The position numbers were made by a program, and so were the translations under genes. From Pseudomonadales bacterium (GTDB lineage Bacteria; Pseudomonadota; Gammaproteobacteria; Pseudomonadales; JBECKS01), in contig OZ245031.1 in NCBI GenBank assembly GCA_965223975.1, positions 1,475,606 to 1,539,605 of the forward strand: a stretch of 64,000 nucleotides of DNA. The letters run 5' to 3'. Shown here piece by piece: positions 9,828 through 18,625 of this stretch. Under the pieces are notes generated by a model. It did not search any database. It was not told the origin of the DNA and worked only from the letters and a program-made list of their open reading frames with translations. Position 1 is the first letter of the stretch. The number at the start of each line of letters is the position of its first letter.

Positions 9828-10814
9828 ATGAAAAATATTCTTGTAACCGGTGGCGCCGGCTATATCGGTAGTCATGTTGTTAAGCAATTGTCAAAAACTG
9901 ATCACTCTGTCGTGGTGCTCGATAACCTCAGTACAGGCTTCGAAGACGCTGTTATTTACGGTGAATTTGTTAAAGGTGATACTGGTGACCAAGCACTGGT
10001 TAGTGAATTGTTAGAAAAACATAAGATTGATACGGTCTTGCACTTTGCAGCGCACACTATTGTTCCTGAGTCGGTGGAAAACCCGATGAAGTATTATCGC
10101 AATAACACCGCCAACACCCGGAACTTATTAGAGTGTTGTCAAAATGCGGGGGTAAAGCACTTTATTTTCTCCTCGACGGCGGCTGTCTACGGAATACCAA
10201 ATGGCGATACCTGTAGTGAAGATGCTGCCTTAGATCCGATTAACCCTTACGGTATGTCGAAGCTCATGAGTGAAATCATGCTTAAAGATTTGGCGATCGC
10301 CAGTGACATGCGCTTTGTCGTTTTGCGTTACTTTAATGTGGCTGGCTGTGACCCAGAGGGACAAATTGGCCAAAGTACGGCAAAAGCCACGCTACTCACC
10401 AAAGTTGCATGTGAAGCTGCCGTTGGTAAGCGAGACAAAATAGCTATTTACGGCACAGATTATCCGACCCCAGATGGCACAGGTGTACGTGACTACATTC
10501 ATGTTGTGGATCTAGCGAATGCACATTTAAAAGCTCTGGATTACCTTTTGGATGGGGGTGAAAGCATCACCGTGAATTGTGGATATGGTCATGGCTATTC
10601 TGTTCGAGAGGTGTTGGCAAAGGTCAAAGAGGCTAATGATGGCCAACTTAATATTATCGAAGAAGATCGTAGGGCCGGTGACCCGCCTATTTTGATTGCT
10701 GAAGCCAAAAAAGTAAGGGATGTACTGGGCTGGGAGCCTGAATTCGATGATTTGGATGAAATTGTGCGCTCAACACTCAGTTGGGAGCGACACCTACAAG
10801 CTAAAAACGGTTAA
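9828..10814 (+). CDS. galE: UDP-glucose 4-epimerase
   Basis: VTGGAGYIGSH, FSSTAAVYG, NPYGMSK, LRYFNVAG, DGTGVRDYIHV. Confidence 0.93.
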   Translation: MKNILVTGGAGYIGSHVVKQLSKTDHSVVVLDNLSTGFEDAVIYGEFVKGDTGDQALVSELLEKHKIDTVLHFAAHTIVPESVENPMKYYRNNTANTRNLLECCQNAGVKHFIFSSTAAVYGIPNGDTCSEDAALDPINPYGMSKLMSEIMLKDLAIASDMRFVVLRYFNVAGCDPEGQIGQSTAKATLLTKVACEAAVGKRDKIAIYGTDYPTPDGTGVRDYIHVVDLANAHLKALDYLLDGGESITVNCGYGHGYSVREVLAKVKEANDGQLNIIEEDRRAGDPPILIAEAKKVRDVLGWEPEFDDLDEIVRSTLSWERHLQAKNG

Positions 10815-10892
10815 AATAGCCGTTTAGAGTTCATCTTAGGTAAATTTTTCTGATTTAGCCTATGGATCTTTTGTTAAAGATTAGGATTTATT

Positions 10893-12719
10893 ATGTGCGG
10901 GATCGTTGGTGCAACCAGCAAACGAAATGTAAACGATATTTTGCTCCAGGGGCTCAAGCGTCTTGAGTATCGAGGTTATGATTCAGCGGGCTTGGCACTG
11001 ATTGATTCTCAAGGGCAGCTGAGCAGCGTTAAATGCGAAGGAAAGGTGCAAGGTTTAGTCGATGCTGTTCAGGCTGAACAAGTAGAAGGCATGATTGGCA
11101 TCGCCCATACCCGCTGGGCTACACATGGTAAACCCTCTGAAAAAAATGCCCACCCTCACAAAGTGAATGGTGTTGCTATTGTCCACAATGGAATCATCGA
11201 AAATTTTGAAGATATTAAAAATGAGCTAATTGATTCTGGCTCAGAATTCTTATCGGATACCGATAGTGAAGTGATTGCTCATCTTATGGCCGGGTACGTA
11301 GAACAAGGTTTGAGTTTAAAAAAGGCACTCGTTCAGTGTGTGCAAAAACTTAAAGGTGCATTTGCGATAGCAGCCATATCAGATCGTCACCCCGATCGCT
11401 TTGTGGTTGCGAGAGAAGGCAGTCCTTTAGTGATTGGTTTAGGTATCGGGGAAAATTTTATTGGCTCTGACGCGCTTGCGTTGCAAACCGTTACCAACCG
11501 CTTTATCTACTTAGAAGAAGGCGATATCGCTGAGATTTCCATCGATAAGGTAGAAATATTTGATGAAAATAATCAAGCCGTTGAGAGAGAAACGGTTGAA
11601 TATAATTTAGGGCAAGATAATGCCGAGAAAGGTCGCTATCGCCATTTCATGGAAAAAGAAATTTTTGAGCAGCCTCGGTCGGTCAGTGCTACGTTAGAAA
11701 ATCGAATCAGCGATACTAAAGTGCTTAATAACATTTGCGGACTAGGCTCAGAAGAATTATTTAAAGATATAAAACATGTACAGATCGTTGCATGTGGCAC
11801 CAGCTTTCACGCTGGCTTGGTTGCCAAATATTGGTTTGAATCCATTGCAAAAACTCCTTGCCAAGTAGAAGTCGCAAGTGAATATCGGTATCGAGAAAAA
11901 GTGGTGCAGGAGGATGGTTTAATTCTCACCATCTCCCAAAGTGGTGAGACCGCAGATACCTTAGCTGCACTAAAAGATATTAAAGATCAATTTAAAAGCT
12001 CATTAGCTATTTGTAACGTCCACAGTAGTTCATTAGTGCGAGAGTCCGATTATGTCTTGATGACAAATGCAGGCGCAGAAATTGGAGTGGCTTCCACTAA
12101 AGCATTTACCACCCAATTAGTAGCGCTTTTGCTATTGGTTATTTCTCTGGCGAAAACCAAAGGTTTGTCGAACGAGCAAGAAAAAGAGCTGGTTGGGGAA
12201 ATCAAAAAGCTTCCAAACTATTTTGAACAAGTGCTCGCCCTAGATAAAAGTATCGAGCAGATGGCGGAATCTTTTGCTGAAAAAAGGCATGCATTGTTTT
12301 TGGGTAGAGGCGTTCAATACCCGATTGCGCTAGAAGGTGCTTTAAAGCTTAAAGAGATTTCCTATATACATGCAGAAGCCTATCCTGCCGGTGAATTGAA
12401 GCACGGCCCGCTGGCTTTGGTTGATAAAGACATGCCAGTGATTACCGTAGCACCGAATGACGAACTGTATGAAAAACTGAAATCCAACCTCCAGGAAGTT
12501 GCTTCTCGAGGAGGAGAGTTATTTGTATTCATTGACGAAAAACTAAATAACCAAGGGCTATCCGGGAATTATCTAATCGGTATTCCTTCGGTTCCTGAGT
12601 TCTTGGCACCTATTGTTTATACCTTGCCGCTACAGTTACTTTCCTATTACGTTGCGTTAATAAAGGGAACTGATGTAGATCAGCCAAGAAACCTTGCTAA
12701 AAGTGTAACCGTCGAATAA
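10893..12719 (+). CDS. glmS: Glutamine--fructose-6-phosphate transaminase
   Basis: MCGIVG start, LEYRGYDSAG, AHTRWATHG, SQSGETADT, ELKHGP, C-terminal DQPRNLAKSVTVE. Confidence 0.98.
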   Translation: MCGIVGATSKRNVNDILLQGLKRLEYRGYDSAGLALIDSQGQLSSVKCEGKVQGLVDAVQAEQVEGMIGIAHTRWATHGKPSEKNAHPHKVNGVAIVHNGIIENFEDIKNELIDSGSEFLSDTDSEVIAHLMAGYVEQGLSLKKALVQCVQKLKGAFAIAAISDRHPDRFVVAREGSPLVIGLGIGENFIGSDALALQTVTNRFIYLEEGDIAEISIDKVEIFDENNQAVERETVEYNLGQDNAEKGRYRHFMEKEIFEQPRSVSATLENRISDTKVLNNICGLGSEELFKDIKHVQIVACGTSFHAGLVAKYWFESIAKTPCQVEVASEYRYREKVVQEDGLILTISQSGETADTLAALKDIKDQFKSSLAICNVHSSSLVRESDYVLMTNAGAEIGVASTKAFTTQLVALLLLVISLAKTKGLSNEQEKELVGEIKKLPNYFEQVLALDKSIEQMAESFAEKRHALFLGRGVQYPIALEGALKLKEISYIHAEAYPAGELKHGPLALVDKDMPVITVAPNDELYEKLKSNLQEVASRGGELFVFIDEKLNNQGLSGNYLIGIPSVPEFLAPIVYTLPLQLLSYYVALIKGTDVDQPRNLAKSVTVE

Positions 12720-12745
12720 TTTTCATAGTTATTCATTTGTCTTTT
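12684..12745 (+). other. attTn7-type target (glmS 3' end and downstream insertion point)
   Basis: glmS end CCAAGAAACCTTGCTAAAAGTGTAACCGTCGAATAA encodes PRNLAKSVTVE, the region read by TnsD; no tns genes in the window. Confidence 0.6.
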
Positions 12746-12884
12746 GTGATGTCAGAATAATATCAAATACCTCTATTTATGTAGATTTGATATCGTTATT
12801 TGATATCAAGTGCTACTATTTCTGCTATTCGCGAGCTCAAAACTTAAAGGAATAAGTTTAATCGAATAGTATTTTTTATTTTAA

Positions 12885-13298
12885 ATGAAAGCACAGAAAG
12901 GATTTAGTTTAATTGAGCTACTTATAGCAATGAGTTTTTTTGGAATCGGAATTTTATCATTAATATCGATTCAATTGGACGCGATGCGTGAAAGTAGTGA
13001 TAGCTTAATCCGAGACCAGGCTATTTATTTCGCTAGCTCAAAACAAGAGATACTGTATTTACAAACCTTAGCTACCAATAATGCTCAAGAATTGCCAAAT
13101 CATATTTATCCGTTAAAGGAAAAGTGGCTAGAGGATCTAAAAACACAAATACCTAAAGCACGATTCGTTCAAGACCAAAAGGATGGCCGCTTGATTGTGC
13201 TCATATCTTGGCCAAGTCTTAGTGAGAAAAACGAATGTCAAGATAAAAGCTTGAAACTAAACCAAGCATATGAGCATTTTGACTGCCTAAGGATCTGA
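12885..13298 (+). CDS. pilV: Type IV minor pilin, PilV-like (cluster 1)
   Basis: Class III signal KG|FSLIELLIAM plus hydrophobic helix; first of a V-W-X trio. Confidence 0.7.
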   Translation: MKAQKGFSLIELLIAMSFFGIGILSLISIQLDAMRESSDSLIRDQAIYFASSKQEILYLQTLATNNAQELPNHIYPLKEKWLEDLKTQIPKARFVQDQKDGRLIVLISWPSLSEKNECQDKSLKLNQAYEHFDCLRI

Positions 13299-13301
13299 GT
13301 T

Positions 13302-14210
13302 ATGCGAAATGAACAGCTCGGATTCACCTTAATTGAATTGATGCTGGTACTGTTCCTAAGCGCTACTTTGTTTGCTGCGAGTGCTCATCTAGTGCAACGC
13401 TCATTTATTGTCAATCAAATTGGGCATAGTCAAATTCGAATACAGGAAGCAGCTCGAATTGCTAAACAATTCTTAGAAAGGGATATAAAACGCGCTGGGT
13501 ATAATTTTATAATCGACGAGTTTCAAGAGGTAGGGGGAACACTTTTTATACCAGAACCAGTAGGTCAATGTGACGAGACCCATGAAGCATTTACTTATGC
13601 TCTATACCCAAAAATACAAGGCGCGAACAATAGCTCCCAACATTTTAAATGTTTAAGAAAGGTGGTTAAAAACACAGATATACTAGTGTTGCGATATTTG
13701 AATCCAGTGAAGTCGGTTAGTAGCAAAAAAAGTAATCAGGATAAAATATATTTAAGATCCTCATTAACTGATGCTCGAGCGTTTCGAGCGAAAGATAAAG
13801 GCCATTTTCGTAACCAAATGTCCACTCCATTTTTTACTTTTGAAAAGAGGGTATTGATTTATTATGTTCGTGAGACCCAACGATATTGCCACGGTAAATT
13901 AGTTTCCGCTCTATACCGAGAGTACCTGGGCGATAAAGGCTATTTACTTGCCGAAGAAATTGTATCGGGAGTCGAGCAATTTCAAATTCGGTATCTGGTC
14001 GATGATAAGCTGCTTAATGCCTCTATGATATCTAATGAAGAATGGAATAGGGTCATGGCCTTGTCTATTTCTATTTTGGTTCGTTCCGAGTGCTCCATTA
14101 ACGTTGATGAGCGCACAAATCAATTTCAGCTGGAGGATTATCATTATGTTCCAGAAGACACACAATATTTAAGAAAACAATTTCAATTTAATATATCGAT
14201 GCGAAACTAA
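13302..14210 (+). CDS. pilW: Type IV minor pilin, PilW-like (cluster 1)
   Basis: LG|FTLIELMLVL, RIQEAAR...LERDIKRAGY, EEIVSGVEQFQIRY, W..V.A.SISILVRS. Confidence 0.8.
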   Translation: MRNEQLGFTLIELMLVLFLSATLFAASAHLVQRSFIVNQIGHSQIRIQEAARIAKQFLERDIKRAGYNFIIDEFQEVGGTLFIPEPVGQCDETHEAFTYALYPKIQGANNSSQHFKCLRKVVKNTDILVLRYLNPVKSVSSKKSNQDKIYLRSSLTDARAFRAKDKGHFRNQMSTPFFTFEKRVLIYYVRETQRYCHGKLVSALYREYLGDKGYLLAEEIVSGVEQFQIRYLVDDKLLNASMISNEEWNRVMALSISILVRSECSINVDERTNQFQLEDYHYVPEDTQYLRKQFQFNISMRN

Positions 14211-14211
14211 G

Positions 14212-14727
14212 ATGACTTTGCGACAAAAAGGAGCAAGTCCCTTAATCGTCAGCTTACTAATAAGTTCCATGCTGTTGCTGGGTATCTTGACTATTTTAAA
14301 ATCTAGGCACATGCATACAATTGCACAAGGCAATTTACAAACGAGTTATCAAGATTTTTATCGTCTAGAACATGTTTTAAGAAAAGTAGAGGCAGATATA
14401 CTCGCCTTACATGTAGATAAGATAAGGGCAAACTATAGCTATCAAATAGAAGGGAGAAATATTCTTGTAGCTGTTGAAATTCTAGGGGAAAAGCAGCGTG
14501 AATTATTTGACTATATTAGTTTCACTGAAATTAAGTGGACTGAACATTATATTCGTATTCGTGTGTGGAATGAGGGCCTATCTGAGTTTTCCTTAGAGAG
14601 TATTGTGCAACAGGTATCACCAGCGATTCTTGAGCGATTTGAAATGTTTCAAGAACACACGAACCGGAGCTTTAAAGAGCATGTACCCAAAAGTGGTAGG
14701 GTAGCGTGGTATCAACATCAATACTAA
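14212..14727 (+). CDS. pilX: Type IV minor pilin, PilX-like (cluster 1, divergent)
   Basis: RQKG|ASPLIVSLLI signal without Glu5, as is typical of PilX; position after pilW. Confidence 0.6.
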   Translation: MTLRQKGASPLIVSLLISSMLLLGILTILKSRHMHTIAQGNLQTSYQDFYRLEHVLRKVEADILALHVDKIRANYSYQIEGRNILVAVEILGEKQRELFDYISFTEIKWTEHYIRIRVWNEGLSEFSLESIVQQVSPAILERFEMFQEHTNRSFKEHVPKSGRVAWYQHQY

Positions 14728-14733
14728 CTCTGT

Positions 14734-15621
14734 TTAGGCTTTTAGCTTTTGAAATAGGTAGCGTACTGAATATTCGATAAAGATAAAGGGAGAAAGCACT
14801 AATGCTTGTTTTTGTAATTTGTTCAAAAATAACAATAGTAGCGAAATTTCTTTGTCAGAAATATCTGGGTGAAAGAAGGTAATCAGCAAATTGGTTCTAG
14901 TTCGATCACCTTTGTTCCAGGCAGAGTGAACATAACTTTGGTCAAAGAAAATCACATCACCCTCTGCGAAATCAACAATATGTTTATCAACTTGCACACC
15001 GCAATTAGCTGGAACATCTAACCCTAAATGAGCTACCAAGTAAGCGTTAGTGGCATCGGTATGAGGCGGTAAAGTCGTATCACTTTCCATCACAATAAAT
15101 TCTGCAGAAAAAATACGTGATTGATATTTCTCGAGCATTGCGATGGTTTGAGGAAACAGCTCCTTTGCTTCATCGGAGTAGTTGCCCAGCTGGCCGAGTT
15201 TATAATTGAGCCATAAGTCTTTTTCTAAGAATTGCTCGCCAGTGTTAATGCTTTGAGTAAGTGAGCCTTCTTTTTTGGCCGATGCAGCTTGGTATTCTTG
15301 CTGACAAACACCTAGCCTAGCCTTTAGATCACTGGATAGCTGGTCGATTAAGGGCGCATCGTGGTTTTGCCAAAAGGGCTTAGCTTGTATTCCAGGACAT
15401 AGAGCATGGGTGGGTTGTTGTCCGGTTTTGAAGTCCTTGGTTTCGCGTTTTAAAAAAGATTCGAGAAGACCCTCGGCCTTAGCGTAATCAACATCGGGGT
15501 GGTGGCCTCGATCTTTAAGTTTTTTGAATAGTCGCCGCGCGAGCCAAGCTAAAGATGAAGGAATAATGAGCCCTTGTGCGCCTATAAAAGGTTGGTCAAA
15601 GGAGTATCTCGCTTGGCTCAT
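14734..15621 (-). CDS. Aspartyl/asparaginyl beta-hydroxylase domain protein (2OG-Fe(II) dioxygenase)
   Basis: LPPHTD...LVAHLGLDVP..C...EGDVIFFDQSYVHSAWN.G...RTNLLITFFHPD matches the AspH/LpxO-type catalytic domain. Confidence 0.85.
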   Translation of the reverse strand: MSQARYSFDQPFIGAQGLIIPSSLAWLARRLFKKLKDRGHHPDVDYAKAEGLLESFLKRETKDFKTGQQPTHALCPGIQAKPFWQNHDAPLIDQLSSDLKARLGVCQQEYQAASAKKEGSLTQSINTGEQFLEKDLWLNYKLGQLGNYSDEAKELFPQTIAMLEKYQSRIFSAEFIVMESDTTLPPHTDATNAYLVAHLGLDVPANCGVQVDKHIVDFAEGDVIFFDQSYVHSAWNKGDRTRTNLLITFFHPDISDKEISLLLLFLNKLQKQALVLSPFIFIEYSVRYLFQKLKA

Positions 15622-16004
15622 AATAATCGCTTAGTGATGGGCTCGGGTTGTTGAGGTTGCTCGGCCGATTACAGGCTTATAGTGCCTTTTCAAGATAAAG
15701 CCCTACAGATAAAACCCTATATAGTTTCGACCAGAAGAGTAGGCATCTAGCTTACACTATTTCATAATCGCCCGTTAGTTGTTGTTGGGCATGCTCCCAG
15801 GTATTTGCATTGCAGTGTTACCAAATGACACATAGGCTGTTGAAACTGACAAAAAATGCCAAGTATGTACCTTATTCTACCTCCTATCGCTACTCAGTGG
15901 TTTCAATATTTAATAGGCGTTAAGGTTTGTTTCCCTGAGGTTAAGCTTTGTAAGCAAAAAATTCCTTAAAAACAAATCTTATTGTTTAGAGTATTTGTAC
16001 AAAA

Positions 16005-16535
16005 ATGAACATTTTAAACGGTCAAAAAGTGGAATTATTACCAAAACCACCTGTAAAAGGCTTTACATTGATGGAGCTTATGGTGGTTTTAGCGATTTTA
16101 TCCATCTTGGCCGCGGTTGGTGCGCCCGCGTTTCAATCCACCATTAACCGCAATGCTCAAATAACTGGAGTAAATGTGATCATAGCGGGTGTGTCTAATG
16201 CAAGAACAGCTGCAGCGACCCGCCGTCGCCAGGTGGTGCTTATGCCAAACGCAAACAATGATTGGAGTACGGGTGTGCAAACTCGCTTAGATAATACCGT
16301 CGGTGAGGTAATTTCCGTCGCAGATTTTGCCGATTCCGGGGTCACAATCAGTAGCACGGCCGCTTTAAATCGGATTGATTTTGATGACCTTGGTAGGGCG
16401 AACCCCCCAAATAGTGCGTTTTTGGTTTGCAATACGACTACAAATCGGGCCCTGCGGGTTGAGGTAAATTATTTTGGACGTGCTCGAGCCAATCGAGACC
16501 AGAATGACCTTTTAGTTTACGAAGATTGTCCTTAA
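16005..16535 (+). CDS. fimT: FimT/FimU (GspH-like) minor pilin
   Basis: KG|FTLMELMVVLAIL..VGAPAF, ARTAA...V, W..G, IDFDDLGR. Confidence 0.85.
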   Translation: MNILNGQKVELLPKPPVKGFTLMELMVVLAILSILAAVGAPAFQSTINRNAQITGVNVIIAGVSNARTAAATRRRQVVLMPNANNDWSTGVQTRLDNTVGEVISVADFADSGVTISSTAALNRIDFDDLGRANPPNSAFLVCNTTTNRALRVEVNYFGRARANRDQNDLLVYEDCP

Positions 16536-16540
16536 AAGTG

Positions 16541-17113
16541 ATGAATAGATTTAATACGAGTATAAATTTTAATCCAGCTCTGTATAAGGGCTTTACGCTT
16601 ATCGAGGTGCTGCTTGCTATGGCAGTAGGGGCAGTCGGTGTGATTGCGTTTGCGGGCCTTCAGCTTCAGTCTTTTGAGATTTCAGAGGAGTCAAGGAATC
16701 GAACGGTCGCGGCTCAAATCGCTAACGAAATGTATGAGCGCATTTCGAGCAACTCGCAGGATTTTTCTGCTCGCCAGATCTATCAAGGTGATTTAGGCAC
16801 TACTTGGTTGCAAGCAGCCAATAATTTGGGTCCGTTTAGAATGACTCCTGCGTGTGTAGATATCAACAACCCATGTACTCCCCCTCAAATGGCTATTGAA
16901 GACATTTTGTCGGTGAAGAGTATTGCGATTGCCTCACTGAATAATGGCCAAGTGAGGCATCGACGTTGCGGCGCAATTGATCCGGCTACTGCGCTTCCTG
17001 CTTTCGATTGTATCGTTGTTGCCTGGAACGATGAAGACGCGGCAAACTGTAACGTCGGCGTCGACGGAAATGGCCTAACCGACTGTTATGTCTTACAAAT
17101 AAAAGTATGGTGA
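16541..17113 (+). CDS. pilV: Type IV minor pilin PilV (cluster 2)
   Basis: KG|FTLIEVLLAM...GLQ...RTVAAQIANEMYERI; the ORF track starts at TTG 16526, ATG at 16541 preferred. Confidence 0.85.
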   Translation: MNRFNTSINFNPALYKGFTLIEVLLAMAVGAVGVIAFAGLQLQSFEISEESRNRTVAAQIANEMYERISSNSQDFSARQIYQGDLGTTWLQAANNLGPFRMTPACVDINNPCTPPQMAIEDILSVKSIAIASLNNGQVRHRRCGAIDPATALPAFDCIVVAWNDEDAANCNVGVDGNGLTDCYVLQIKVW

Positions 17114-17982
17114 GGCTGGTAATGGAAAAGCGTTTAATAGCAGAAAAGCATCAAGGTCGTTCGAAGGGGTTCACCCTTATCGAACTAATGATCGCCATGA
17201 CTTTAGGTGTGATCGTTATTGGCGGCATGTATGCCTTGTTTTCGGTTAACAAAGAAACTATCCGTGTTCAGAGTAATCTTGGTTTTGCTCAAGAGCAGGC
17301 AAACTATGCATTGGAGGCTATTGCGCGTGAAGCCCGTATGGCTGGTTGGCCGGGAATATTTTCACCAAACCCTGCAGCTCCTTTTGCGGGCGCTATGAGC
17401 GATGCCGCTGGCCGTTATGACGTGTTGGTTTTGAGCCGTCGAGGTTTGCCTTTCGATTGCACAGGTGCTGTAGCGCCGGGTGGCTTTGTATCTCATCAGT
17501 ATTATGTTGATAACGCCTCCAAAGAGCTACGTTGTTTGTCTCTTAATACAGGGGACGAGATTGCCATGGTGGATAATGTTGAAGCTTTCCAAGTCTTATA
17601 CGGAATCGATACTACTACAGGTCCTTGCCCTAACATTGATCCAAGTTTGTCTTTAAAAGATGCCAACGCTGAATGCATGGCCCCCACCTCATATGTTCGA
17701 GGCGACGTGGTTAGGAACATGATGGATGCCGCGAATGTTAATTTCGTTAATGCGGGATTTGATCTTCAGCCGGGTGTTGCTGATTTAGTCCCGATCAAAA
17801 CCATCCAATTAGCTATTGTGGTGAGTACAGAAGAGCCCGATATCATCGATCAAGCAGCTTCTGCGGCGCAAAACTATTCTTTATTAAGTCAAAATATACC
17901 AGGAGCCACGGTCAATGATGGGCGAGGCATTCGGGTCGCCATGCGAACCGTAGCGCTTCGTCAAGCATTTCGAGGCCCCTAG
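17107..17982 (+). CDS. pilW: Type IV minor pilin PilW (cluster 2)
   Basis: KG|FTLIELMIAMTLG...QEQANYAL..IAREARMAG...VDNVEAFQVLYGID; the start may be 17122. Confidence 0.85.
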   Translation: MVRLVMEKRLIAEKHQGRSKGFTLIELMIAMTLGVIVIGGMYALFSVNKETIRVQSNLGFAQEQANYALEAIAREARMAGWPGIFSPNPAAPFAGAMSDAAGRYDVLVLSRRGLPFDCTGAVAPGGFVSHQYYVDNASKELRCLSLNTGDEIAMVDNVEAFQVLYGIDTTTGPCPNIDPSLSLKDANAECMAPTSYVRGDVVRNMMDAANVNFVNAGFDLQPGVADLVPIKTIQLAIVVSTEEPDIIDQAASAAQNYSLLSQNIPGATVNDGRGIRVAMRTVALRQAFRGP

Positions 17983-18005
17983 TCAGGATCAAATTAGGTG
18001 AACAC

Positions 18006-18539
18006 ATGACAAGCATTAAGCGACAAAGTGGAGCAGTAATGGTGACGGTACTCATACTACTGGTAGTCATTACTTTGATGGGCATGGGAACCATCCGTGA
18101 AGGTTTGTATCAATCTCAAACGGGAGCCATTGATGTGGGATACAACACATGCTTCACCGCTGCCGAGTCTGGGATTAATGCGGTCTATAAGGACTTTCAA
18201 GCGGATCCTTTACCCATTACCAGTGAGGGAAATGTGATGAACATGGCTACAGGCAGTGAGCAGTTTGCCTGTTTAGCACCTGAGGGTTTAAGGCGAAATG
18301 AGGTTGATTGCGGTGATATTGGTTCGTCTGTTCAGGTGAATATGGTTTCTCGACCGCCTGGTCCAGGTGATAGCGCCTCGCATTATCTTATGGGTACGGA
18401 CTTATCTCGGGGTGGATTAATGCTGATCTACACGGATTCAACCTGCATTTTAGAGAGCATGGATATGGCCGTAGTCAATACTCAAGCGTGGCAAAGAGTG
18501 ACCGAATCGACCGTTAATATCGACCCCTATACCAATTGA
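18006..18539 (+). CDS. pilX: Type IV minor pilin PilX (cluster 2)
   Basis: RQSG|AVMVTVLILLVVITLMG, CFTAAESGI. Confidence 0.85.
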   Translation: MTSIKRQSGAVMVTVLILLVVITLMGMGTIREGLYQSQTGAIDVGYNTCFTAAESGINAVYKDFQADPLPITSEGNVMNMATGSEQFACLAPEGLRRNEVDCGDIGSSVQVNMVSRPPGPGDSASHYLMGTDLSRGGLMLIYTDSTCILESMDMAVVNTQAWQRVTESTVNIDPYTN

Positions 18540-18625
18540 TCGGAATTTAGCAGAACAATTATTGAATAGAATTATTATAAAAATATAGAAAAAACGATCG
18601 GCAGTTTTTTGGCCGGGAGGAAAAC

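Noticed and set aside
10815-10892. glmS ribozyme upstream of glmS
   Set aside because: The gap is only 78 nt, AT-rich, and lacks the conserved ribozyme core
12745-16004. Intact Tn7-like transposon or genomic island at glmS
   Set aside because: No tnsABCD, integrase or partner end with target duplication seen; only a possible relic is reported
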